24,000 nt of DNA from an uncultured Alphaproteobacteria bacterium. GTDB lineage: Bacteria > Pseudomonadota > Alphaproteobacteria > Rhodospirillales > Casp-alpha2. The notes below the pieces were generated by a model, which had not been told where the DNA came from, made no database searches, and was given only the letters and a program-made list of their open reading frames with translations. Shown here one piece after another: positions 17,123-24,000 of the stretch. The stretch's first letter is position 1; each line of letters opens with the position of its first letter. The position numbers were made by a program, and so were the translations under genes. The stretch is from the NCBI GenBank assembly GCA_963976055.1, contig CAXBJB010000006.1, positions 1,784 through 25,783 of the forward strand, given 5' to 3'.

Positions 17123-17928
17123 CCAGCCAGGCCATTCCCCTGACCGCGTTCGACCTGGCCCTGGCGGCCCTGCTGCTGGTCGTCAACGGCGGGATTTCCC
17201 TGTGGCTCGGCCTCGGCATTACCCGCTCGCTGGCCATCGCAGCACTCCGCATGACGGTGCAGCTGCTGCTGGTCGGCCTGGTGCTGAAGGCCCTGTTCGC
17301 GCAGCAGTCGCCCTGGCTGACGCTCGGCGTGGTGGCGATCATGGTCGGCTTCGCCGGCTACGAGATCATGAACCGCCAGGACCGCAAGCTGACCGGATGG
17401 TGGTCCTACGGGATCGGCGTCTCGACCATGACCTTCGCCGCCGTTTCCGTGACCTGCCTGGCCCTGACGACGCAGTTGAAGCCCGACCCGTGGTGGGACG
17501 CGCGCTATGCGGTGCCGATCTTGGGCATGATCCTGGGCAATGCGATGACCGGGATCAGCCTGGGCCTCAACACCTTGTTCAACACGGTCGTCCGCGAACG
17601 CTGGGCCGTCGAGGCGCAGATCGCCCTGGGATATCCGCGCGAGGTGGCGCTCCGGCCCTTCGTCCGCCGCGCCCTCAAAACCGCCCTGATGCCGACCATC
17701 AATTCCATGGCGGCGACCGGGGTGGTCGCCTTGCCGGGCATGATGACGGGCCAGATTTTGGCCGGCGCCGACCCGGTGGAGGCCGTGAAGTACCAACTGC
17801 TGGTCATGTTCCTGATCGGCGGGGCCACCGGGATCGGCGCCGTCCTGGCGATCTATGCCGCCGTCTGGCGCATCACCGATCCACGCCACCGCCTGCGCCT
17901 GGACAGAATTCAAGGGACCGACCAATGA
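17119..17928 (+). CDS. fetB: UPF0014-family ABC permease, YbbM/FetB-like
   Basis: It is a polytopic membrane protein with ILGMILGNAMTGISLGL and MPTINSMAATGVVALPGMMTGQILAG. Its ATG overlaps the fetA stop (ATGA at 17119-17122). Confidence 0.8.
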   Translation: MTSQAIPLTAFDLALAALLLVVNGGISLWLGLGITRSLAIAALRMTVQLLLVGLVLKALFAQQSPWLTLGVVAIMVGFAGYEIMNRQDRKLTGWWSYGIGVSTMTFAAVSVTCLALTTQLKPDPWWDARYAVPILGMILGNAMTGISLGLNTLFNTVVRERWAVEAQIALGYPREVALRPFVRRALKTALMPTINSMAATGVVALPGMMTGQILAGADPVEAVKYQLLVMFLIGGATGIGAVLAIYAAVWRITDPRHRLRLDRIQGTDQ

Positions 17929-19007
17929 CGGAAACCATCACCGCCCTCCGCGCCCGGCCCGTGGTCGTGCCCATGCGCCGGCCGTTGGCGACGGCCGGCG
18001 GCGCGGTATCCGAAGCCCCCCTGGTGCTGGTCGATGTGGAAACGGCATCGGGCATCTTCGGCCGGGCCTATTCCTTCGCCTATCACGCCTGGGCCTTGAA
18101 GCCGATCATGGCGATGTACGACGTGCTGGCGGATAAGGTGACGGGTAAGGCGCTCGACCCCCAGGCGGTTCAGGCGGAACTCTGGGCCGCCTTTCGCTTG
18201 CTGGGCGCCAAGGGCGTGGCGGGGCAGGCGATCTCCGGCCTTGACATGGCGCTGTGGGATGCGGCGGCCAAGGCTAAAGGGCAACCGCTCTACAAGGCCT
18301 TGGGGGCCGATGCAGCGGCCACGCCCGCCTACAACTCCAAGGGCCTCGGCATGATCGGCGCCGAGGCGGCGGGCAAGGAAGCCCGTGACCTGCTGGACGA
18401 AGGCTTCGGCGCCGTGAAGGTCCGCCTGGGTTATCCGACCCTGGAAGAGGACGTCGCGGTTGTTCACGCGGTCAAGGCGGCGATTGGCCCCGACGCCCGC
18501 CTGATGAGCGACTACAACTAAAGCCAGGAGGTCGAGGAGGTCATCCGCCGGGTCAAGGCGCTGGACGGCGAGGGGCTCTATTGGGTCGAGGAGCCGGTGC
18601 ATTACGACGACTTCTACGGCCATGCGGCGCTGCGCGCGGTGGTGAAGACTCCGGTGCAGACGGGCGAGAACTGCTGGTTCCCCGGCGAAATGGCGAAATG
18701 CATGGCGGCGGGCGCCTGCGATTATTTCATGCCCGACGCGGGCAAGATCGGCGGCGTCACCGGCTGGATGGGCGCGGCCAAGCTGGCGGCGGCGGCCAAC
18801 CTGCCGCTGTCGAGCCATCTCTATCCCGAGGTCAGCGTCCACCTTTTGGCCGCGACGCCGACCCGCCACTGGCTGGAATACGTGGACTGGGCCGAACCTG
18901 TCCTGGCCGAAGCGCTTCCCGTGATCGACGGCCATTGCCGTCCTGCGGAAAAACCCGGCATCGGCATTGAATGGAACGACCGGGCCGTCGATAAGTATGG
19001 GGTCTGA
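17925..19007 (+). pseudogene. Enolase-superfamily enzyme of the mandelate racemase subgroup, interrupted by one in-frame TAA (18519-18521)
   Basis: The two track ORFs (ending at 18521 and at 19007) are in the same frame. Reading through gives ...GFGAVKVRLGYPTLEEDVAVVHAVKAAIGPDARLMSDYN*SQEVEEVIRRVKALDGEGLYWVEEP...VQTGENCW...FMPDAGKIGGVTGW...LSSHLYPEVSVHLLAATPTRHWLEY, colinear with mandelate racemase as I recall it. The ATG at 17925 overlaps the fetB stop. Confidence 0.8.
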
Positions 19008-19031
19008 CACCCAGCCCGAAAGTTTCCCGCC

Positions 19032-19988
19032 ATGACCGACACCATCGTCTTCCTCGACCGCGCCTCCCTCGCCCCCGGCACGGACCTGCGCGCGCCCGAT
19101 TTCCCTCACCAATGGATCGATCATGACGAGACCCGGGCGGGCGACGTCGCGGCCCGCATCAAGGGCGCGACCATCGTGGTCACCAACAAGGTCAAGGTGG
19201 GGGCCGCCGACATGGATGCCGCGCCGGGGCTCAGGCTGATCGCCGTCTGCGCCACGGGCACGGACATCATCGATCTGGCGGCGGCCAAGGCGCGCGGCAT
19301 TACCGTGTGCAACGTGCGGGGCTATGCGGAACACTCGGTACCCGAACACGCCTTCGGCCTGATCCTCACCTTGCGGCGCCAGATCCTCGGCTACCTCGCC
19401 GACGTGAAGGCGGGCAGGTGGCAGCAGGCCGGGACCTTCACCTTCTTCACCCACGAGCTGCGCGACCTGTACGGCACGCGGCTGGCCGTGGTCGGGCGGG
19501 GGTCGCTCGGCCAGGGCGTCGCCACGATTGCAAAGGGCTTCGGAATGGAGGTCGTGTTCGTCGGCCGCAAGGGCGATGCCGCGCCCGACGCCCCCCTGAT
19601 CCCCTGGGACGAAGCGATTGAGACGGCGGATGTGCTGACCCTGCACTGTCCGCTGACGCCGGAAACGCGCGGCATGATCGGGCTCGACGAATTCAAGCGC
19701 ATGAAATCGTCGGCGCTGGTCATCAACACGGCCCGGGGCGGGCTGATCGACGAGGAGGCCTTGGTCCAAGCCCTGACCGAGGGTCTGATAGCGGGCGCGG
19801 GGATGGACGTCGTGTCGTCGGAGCCGCCGCCCGCCGATCACCCCTTCATGGCGCTGGTCGGGCGGCCCGACTTCATCCTGACGCCGCACACGGCCTGGGC
19901 CGGGCATACGGCGCGCGGCGCCATGGTCGAACAGCTGATCAGCAACATCGAGAATTTCCGGAAGGGCAGCCCGACCAACGTGGTTTAA
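19032..19988 (+). CDS. D-isomer-specific 2-hydroxyacid dehydrogenase (glycerate dehydrogenase / hydroxypyruvate reductase-like)
   Basis: It has the NAD-binding motif VVGRGSLGQGVA and the catalytic Arg/Glu/His context INTARGGLIDE, DVVSSEP and LTPHTAWAG. Confidence 0.92.
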   Translation: MTDTIVFLDRASLAPGTDLRAPDFPHQWIDHDETRAGDVAARIKGATIVVTNKVKVGAADMDAAPGLRLIAVCATGTDIIDLAAAKARGITVCNVRGYAEHSVPEHAFGLILTLRRQILGYLADVKAGRWQQAGTFTFFTHELRDLYGTRLAVVGRGSLGQGVATIAKGFGMEVVFVGRKGDAAPDAPLIPWDEAIETADVLTLHCPLTPETRGMIGLDEFKRMKSSALVINTARGGLIDEEALVQALTEGLIAGAGMDVVSSEPPPADHPFMALVGRPDFILTPHTAWAGHTARGAMVEQLISNIENFRKGSPTNVV

Positions 19989-20758
19989 GGCGTGGGGTCC
20001 GTCCCCGGACGTTTGGCGATGTCGGACGTCCCGGTGGTGGGCGCGTCCGTGCCGCTCTCCCCATTGCGGCCGCCCGGCGGGGACCAGTCGCCGGGACCGC
20101 CGGAAAATCCGGCCGATCCCATGCCCCAGGCAGCCCCCTCCTGCTCCGGGTGGCGCAGGGTTTCCGGGTCCTTGTAGCCGCCGAAGAACCGGGCGATGCC
20201 GCGCCAAATCTTGGGCACCAGCCAGATCACCAGCAGGGTAAACAGGCCGAGCCCGATCAGGAAGGCGACCGGGTTGAACACGGCCAGCGTCAGGCCGCCA
20301 AACACCAGGAAATCTTCGAATAAACTCATGCCCCAGTTGGTGAACGGCTCGGGCGAGGTGTTGATGACGGCGCGCGTTCCGGCCTTGGCGGCGTGGGTCC
20401 CGGCGGCGATCATGCCGCCGCCCAGAAGCGCCGCCACGGTCTGCAATTCGTCGTTCATGAAATCCAGCCCGCCCACGGCGCCGGCCGCCATGAGAGCCCC
20501 CGCCGGAATGCGGATGAAGGTGTGGATCAGGTCCCAGATGGAATCCAGGCCGGGGATCTTGTCGGCGAAGAATTCGATGAAATACAGCAGCGCCGCCGCC
20601 GCCAGCACCCAGGTCGAGGACAAGACGGCCATGCTGTCCGGCAGGGAGATCACGCCGAAGGCGTCGAGCCCGCCCAGCACCAGCACGGTGGCGTAGAGGT
20701 TCAGCCCGCTGCCCCAGGCGGAGCCCAGGGCGACGGCGAGGGCGGTCAACGGTTCCAC
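19985..20758 (-). CDS. DUF4126-family integral membrane protein with a Gly/Pro-rich C-terminal tail
   Basis: It has GSAWGSGLNLYATVLVLGG and the family-typical YFIEFFADKIPGLDSIWDLIHTFIRIPAGA, with several TM helices. Its stop overlaps the stop of the convergent dehydrogenase gene. Confidence 0.75.
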   Translation of the reverse strand: MEPLTALAVALGSAWGSGLNLYATVLVLGGLDAFGVISLPDSMAVLSSTWVLAAAALLYFIEFFADKIPGLDSIWDLIHTFIRIPAGALMAAGAVGGLDFMNDELQTVAALLGGGMIAAGTHAAKAGTRAVINTSPEPFTNWGMSLFEDFLVFGGLTLAVFNPVAFLIGLGLFTLLVIWLVPKIWRGIARFFGGYKDPETLRHPEQEGAAWGMGSAGFSGGPGDWSPPGGRNGESGTDAPTTGTSDIAKRPGTDPTP

Positions 20759-20779
20759 GTTATCGGTTCCATGGGCGGG

Positions 20780-21256
20780 TCATGCCTTTTCGTCCGGGAT
20801 GTGCGGCAGGTCGTCGACGTAGAGGCCCAGGTCCTTCGGCTCGATCCCCAGCCGCGAACACAGGCTGACGACCTCGATCTGTTCGGTCAGATTGTCTTCG
20901 CCCTCGACCTCCAGGATGCCCATGCAGACGCGCAGGATCAGTGACGCCGTCTCCGGATTGTCGGCCACGGGTTCGATGCGCCGGAACGCCGCCTCGCGCC
21001 CTGTTTTGGGATCGTTCTGGATTTCCGCGGTGTAGTCGTTGAACAGATCGACGGCCTCGTGCGGGTCGAACACCTGTAACTGCTTGATGGCCTCGACGAT
21101 CTGGTCCAGGCGCATGCGTTCGGGAAACGTCACCTGCCCGTCGGCGGCGCAGACCAGGGCGGCGGCCGACATCACGGCCTCCAGGAACGGGCGGTTCTGG
21201 TGCCGCGCCATCTGCTCCCGGTACAAATCCGTCAGGGTGTCGAGCACGCCCGCCAT
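20780..21256 (-). CDS. terB: TerB-family (tellurite-resistance TerB-like) protein
   Basis: It is colinear with E. coli TerB as I recall it: AAALVCAADGQVTFPERMRL..LQVFDPHEAVDLFN...NPETASLILRVCMGILEVEGEDNLTEQIEVVSLCSRLGIEPKDLGL. Confidence 0.85.
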   Translation of the reverse strand: MAGVLDTLTDLYREQMARHQNRPFLEAVMSAAALVCAADGQVTFPERMRLDQIVEAIKQLQVFDPHEAVDLFNDYTAEIQNDPKTGREAAFRRIEPVADNPETASLILRVCMGILEVEGEDNLTEQIEVVSLCSRLGIEPKDLGLYVDDLPHIPDEKA

Positions 21257-21333
21257 TGCCCAATGCCTCCGTTGCTTCCCTCGCCTCGATTATTGGCCGA
21301 GGACGGGGGCGACGCAACGGCTTAAGGGCGGGG

Positions 21334-22197
21334 TCAGTAGGGGGCGAGGGTCTTCAGGGTACCCGTCAGGGTGTCGGCGAATTCCTCCGCCGCTTCGTAC
21401 ATCACCCAATGGCCGGCGCCCTTGATGACGTGGAAGGGGGCGTCGGGCTGGAAGCTGTGGATGATTTCCCGGCGCTTGTCCAGGCCCTCCTGGCCCATCA
21501 CCGTGATGTCGTATTCACCCCAGATGCCGGCCATGGCGGCCTTGATGTCGGGCAGGGCGCGCAGCAGCCGGTCGGTCAGGGAGATCGGCCGCGAGCGGAT
21601 GCGGCCGCGTTCCAGGTTGCGGCGATGAATGTGCACGGCCAGGTCGTCGATGTTGGCCGGGTCGCGCATCATGAGGATTTGCAGGTTGCGGCGCTGCAAC
21701 TCGTCGATCTCGTCATCGGTCATGCCGTCCTCGGCCAGGGCCGTGCCCTGGGGCGGCGCGTGCAGCACGCCGAAGCCGCTGGCGCCGACCATGACGAAGC
21801 TGCGGCAGCGACCGGGGGTTTTAGACGCGACGACACTGCCGATCAGGCCGCCGAAGGAAAACCCGGCGAGGTGGAAGGTCTCGCCCGCGGGCACAAGCTG
21901 GTCCAGACCGGCGACCAGGATGTCGGCGATGTCGTCGGGCGAGGTCGGCTTGGGCGGGGCGCCGCTGTCGCCGAAGCCGGGGGTATCCGGGGCAAGCAGC
22001 GTGAAATGCGGCGTCAGCAGGGGAATGGCGCGATACCAATGGGTCCAGGATCCCCAGCCGCCGTGCAGCAGCACGAGGGTCGGGCCGCCGCCTTCCCAGC
22101 GGTGCCAGACCGCGGGGCCGTTGGGGCCGGGAGTTTCCAGGCGTTGGGCTTTGGCGGCGAGGGCCGCCACGTCTTGGGCGAGGGCTGCGTGGTCCAT
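21334..22197 (-). CDS. Alpha/beta-fold hydrolase
   Basis: It has LVLLHGGWGS, PDTPGFGDSG, the nucleophile elbow LAGFSFGG and a C-terminal GAGHWVMYE. The + ORF 21256..22674 is a shadow. Confidence 0.85.
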   Translation of the reverse strand: MDHAALAQDVAALAAKAQRLETPGPNGPAVWHRWEGGGPTLVLLHGGWGSWTHWYRAIPLLTPHFTLLAPDTPGFGDSGAPPKPTSPDDIADILVAGLDQLVPAGETFHLAGFSFGGLIGSVVASKTPGRCRSFVMVGASGFGVLHAPPQGTALAEDGMTDDEIDELQRRNLQILMMRDPANIDDLAVHIHRRNLERGRIRSRPISLTDRLLRALPDIKAAMAGIWGEYDITVMGQEGLDKRREIIHSFQPDAPFHVIKGAGHWVMYEAAEEFADTLTGTLKTLAPY

Positions 22198-22227
22198 GAT
22201 GAGAAAGTTCAGTCTTTCGGGCTGGTT

Positions 22228-22560
22228 TTATTCGGCGATGTGAATGTATCCGCGCTCGATGGCGTGGGTCAGTTCCTCATAAGCCTTCCGCGCTTCTTCG
22301 TAAATGTCGCGGTACTTGCGCAGGTTGGTGATCTCAGCGTCGGAGGGCGCTTCGCCCTCGGCGACGTTGGAGATGTTGAAGGCCGCCTGCAGGTAGCGGC
22401 CGCGCAGATGGGCCACGGCGCGGGCGAAGTTGATGACACGGGCCTCGGTGATTTCGGGAATCATCGGGCCGATGATTTCGCGGTTGGCCTGGGAAATCAG
22501 CAATTCGGCCTTGCGCAGGAACTGCTGCTGGCGGCGCAGGTCGTCTTCGTAGGAACTCAT
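22228..22560 (-). CDS. Hypothetical protein (110 aa), predicted helical
   Basis: The ATG at 22560 is preceded by GGGAG with 6-nt spacing. The composition is balanced and charged or helical. I recognise no family. Confidence 0.6.
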   Translation of the reverse strand: MSSYEDDLRRQQQFLRKAELLISQANREIIGPMIPEITEARVINFARAVAHLRGRYLQAAFNISNVAEGEAPSDAEITNLRKYRDIYEEARKAYEELTHAIERGYIHIAE

Positions 22561-22974
22561 GGCGTGCTCCCTGGGTGTTGGGCCTCGTTCGAGATTTTTA
22601 GCGGAAAGGTGGGGGAATGTCTTTACCGAGGCCGACCTGTCCGGTTGCCGGCCGCGACGGCGCGGCGAGAATGATCGGGGCGAGACGCGGACGCGGAACG
22701 TCCGGAAAGGACGGACCCGGCCTCAGTCGGTCGGATGCGGGCCTTCCAACGGATGATCGCTTTCGCGGGGGGCTTGCGTGTGCTGGGCCTGTTTCATCTG
22801 TCTTCTCCCGATGAACGAACAACCCGGGCCAAGGTTCCAAACCCTGGCGCCGATGCCTCGTCCGACGTTTCCGCCACACAAGGCGTTTCCACCTTCTGGT
22901 AGCGTAGCAACAATGCCATAACGAATCGTTAATTTCGATAATAAAATTCCGGTATTGTGTCAACGGAAGAAATT

Positions 22975-24000
22975 TTATATCGCGATACGGTGTGTTGTTT
23001 CGAACAGCGGGCCGAATTCCCGGGTTTCCGCAAAGGCCGGCGGCAACGCCAGGCCGTCCTCGATGCCAAGCCATAGGCGCAGCATGTGCCGCTTCTCGCC
23101 GGACGCCGGATCGGGGTCCGTGAAGGCGGTGCGGGCGTGCAGGGTGGTGAAGTTGTTGCCGACCACCAGGTCGCCCGGCGACATTTCGAACGACAGATGG
23201 AAGCCGGGGTCGTCGCAAAGCGCGTCCAAAAGGTCCATGGCCTCGATCTGGGCCTCGGTCAGGCGAGGGATTTCGTCTGACCGCTGGGCCAGTTCGATGT
23301 AGTGGCGCTTGTACATCACGAACCAGTGCCCGCCGTGGAACTGGAAGATCGGCAGGGCCTGATACCAGGGTCGGCCGGGCAGGGCCTGACCGCGGGCGTC
23401 GAAATAGAACGGCTCCGTCAGCACCTTGGCCAGATCGGGCCGGCGGCGGAGAATTTCGTTGAACACGGTATGGGCGCTGACGATCAGGGACTTACCGCCG
23501 CCCGTCGACTGCCGCCGGCACAGCAGGGCGAAGATGTCGCCGCCGTCGTTGTGGAAGGGCTGTGCCTCGTTGGTCTGATAGGTGCGCACGTCGGCCTGCT
23601 TTTGCAGGTTGGCGCCGGTGTCGCGAACATCGTGCAGCAGGGTGCGGCGGGCGTCCTGAATCTGCGGAATGCCCAGATACTGGCCCATGCCCCAGATCAT
23701 CCGCCGGGCCTGTTCCTCGTCCAAATTCCCTAGTCCCGTGCGCAACAGGAAGAATCCCGTGCCGAAGGCGGCCTCGCGGCGCAGGTCGGCCAGGTTCTCG
23801 GCAAATGCGCCGACGGGAAAATCGTCGGCGGTCATGGTCAGGGGATCGCAGCCGGCGCTGGCGTCAAGCGCGTCCATGATGGCGGCGCGGTCCGCGTCGG
23901 ACATTTCGACGATCCAGGAACGGGATCCGGCCAACTGCGGGCCGGTCCAACACGAGGCACCTTGGGCAGGTTGCAGGTTGTCGTTGGTTGTGGTGGGCAT
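22975..24000 (-). CDS. TauD/TfdA-family Fe(II)/2-oxoglutarate-dependent dioxygenase
   Basis: It has the H-x-D motif in QPFHNDGGD, the distal His in NNFTTLHARTAF, and RHMLRLWL. The ATG coincides with the last 3 nt of the window, so the true N-terminus may lie outside. Confidence 0.8.
   Translation of the reverse strand: MPTTTNDNLQPAQGASCWTGPQLAGSRSWIVEMSDADRAAIMDALDASAGCDPLTMTADDFPVGAFAENLADLRREAAFGTGFFLLRTGLGNLDEEQARRMIWGMGQYLGIPQIQDARRTLLHDVRDTGANLQKQADVRTYQTNEAQPFHNDGGDIFALLCRRQSTGGGKSLIVSAHTVFNEILRRRPDLAKVLTEPFYFDARGQALPGRPWYQALPIFQFHGGHWFVMYKRHYIELAQRSDEIPRLTEAQIEAMDLLDALCDDPGFHLSFEMSPGDLVVGNNFTTLHARTAFTDPDPASGEKRHMLRLWLGIEDGLALPPAFAETREFGPLFETTHRIAI

Noticed and set aside
17103-17924. 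N-terminal 274 aa of track ORF 17103..18521
   Set aside because: This part is an out-of-frame overlap of the fetB-like permease gene and is P/R/G-rich. The enolase-superfamily homology begins only at the ATG at 17925, which overlaps the fetB stop.
18522-18545. Tandem AGGAGGTC-GAGGAGGTC right after the in-frame stop, as a possible re-initiation SD for a split second half
   Set aside because: No ATG, GTG or TTG follows at suitable spacing; the next in-frame GTG is at 18597, about 55 nt away. The repeat simply encodes QEVEEV in the continuous reading frame.
17910-20207. 765-aa minus-strand ORF, the longest in the window
   Set aside because: It runs antisense to three well-supported + strand genes (MR-like, 2-hydroxyacid dehydrogenase) and into the DUF4126 region. 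It is extremely R/G/P/A-rich with no motifs, a classic GC-rich artefact.
21256-22674. 472-aa + strand ORF
   Set aside because: It is antisense to the alpha/beta hydrolase (GFSFGG elbow, catalytic His) and the 110-aa gene, with shadow composition.

Overview
This is a GC-rich chromosomal segment, roughly 62-67% GC by eye in most genes. Its gene content looks alphaproteobacterial, but that taxonomic guess is inference only. All homology calls come from motif recognition in the supplied translations; no database search was possible.

Many long ORFs in the supplied track are antisense shadow ORFs typical of high-GC DNA. I chose frames by amino-acid composition, motifs, GC3 and Shine-Dalgarno context.

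Genes I support, left to right:
- Atm1-like ABC exporter, truncated at the left window edge; its frame is missing from the ORF track
- CheY-like response regulator plus Hpt pair
- three poorly characterised minus-strand genes downstream of guaA, including a transglutaminase-like membrane protein
- guaA
- FliL-like membrane protein
- alanine-rich secreted protein
- Cys-rich secreted miniprotein
- split TPP-dependent (ComDE-like) decarboxylase plus a haloacetate-dehalogenase-like hydrolase
- AhpD/CMD-like protein
- KAP-family P-loop NTPase
- thiC with its TPP riboswitch
- SNase-fold lipoprotein
- fetAB-like ABC pair, translationally coupled to a mandelate-racemase-like gene that carries one in-frame TAA
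- 2-hydroxyacid dehydrogenase
- minus-strand cluster of 110-aa protein, alpha/beta hydrolase, TerB and DUF4126
- TauD/TfdA dioxygenase

The strongest candidate for something new is a sharply low-GC insert of about 1.6 kb (about 12105-13714, roughly 40-45% GC). It lies between an AhpD-like gene and thiC. It carries a stand-alone, apparently soluble KAP NTPase preceded by a micro-ORF with the best SD in the window, and it is bracketed by two similar minus-strand terminator hairpins.

Secondary candidates are the lower-GC transglutaminase-like/membrane-protein pair after guaA, the TerB-DUF4126-hydrolase cluster, an SNase-fold lipoprotein with substituted catalytic residues, and a long imperfect palindrome inserted between the two decarboxylase subunit genes.

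I saw no CRISPR array, tRNA, rRNA, transposase or integrase.
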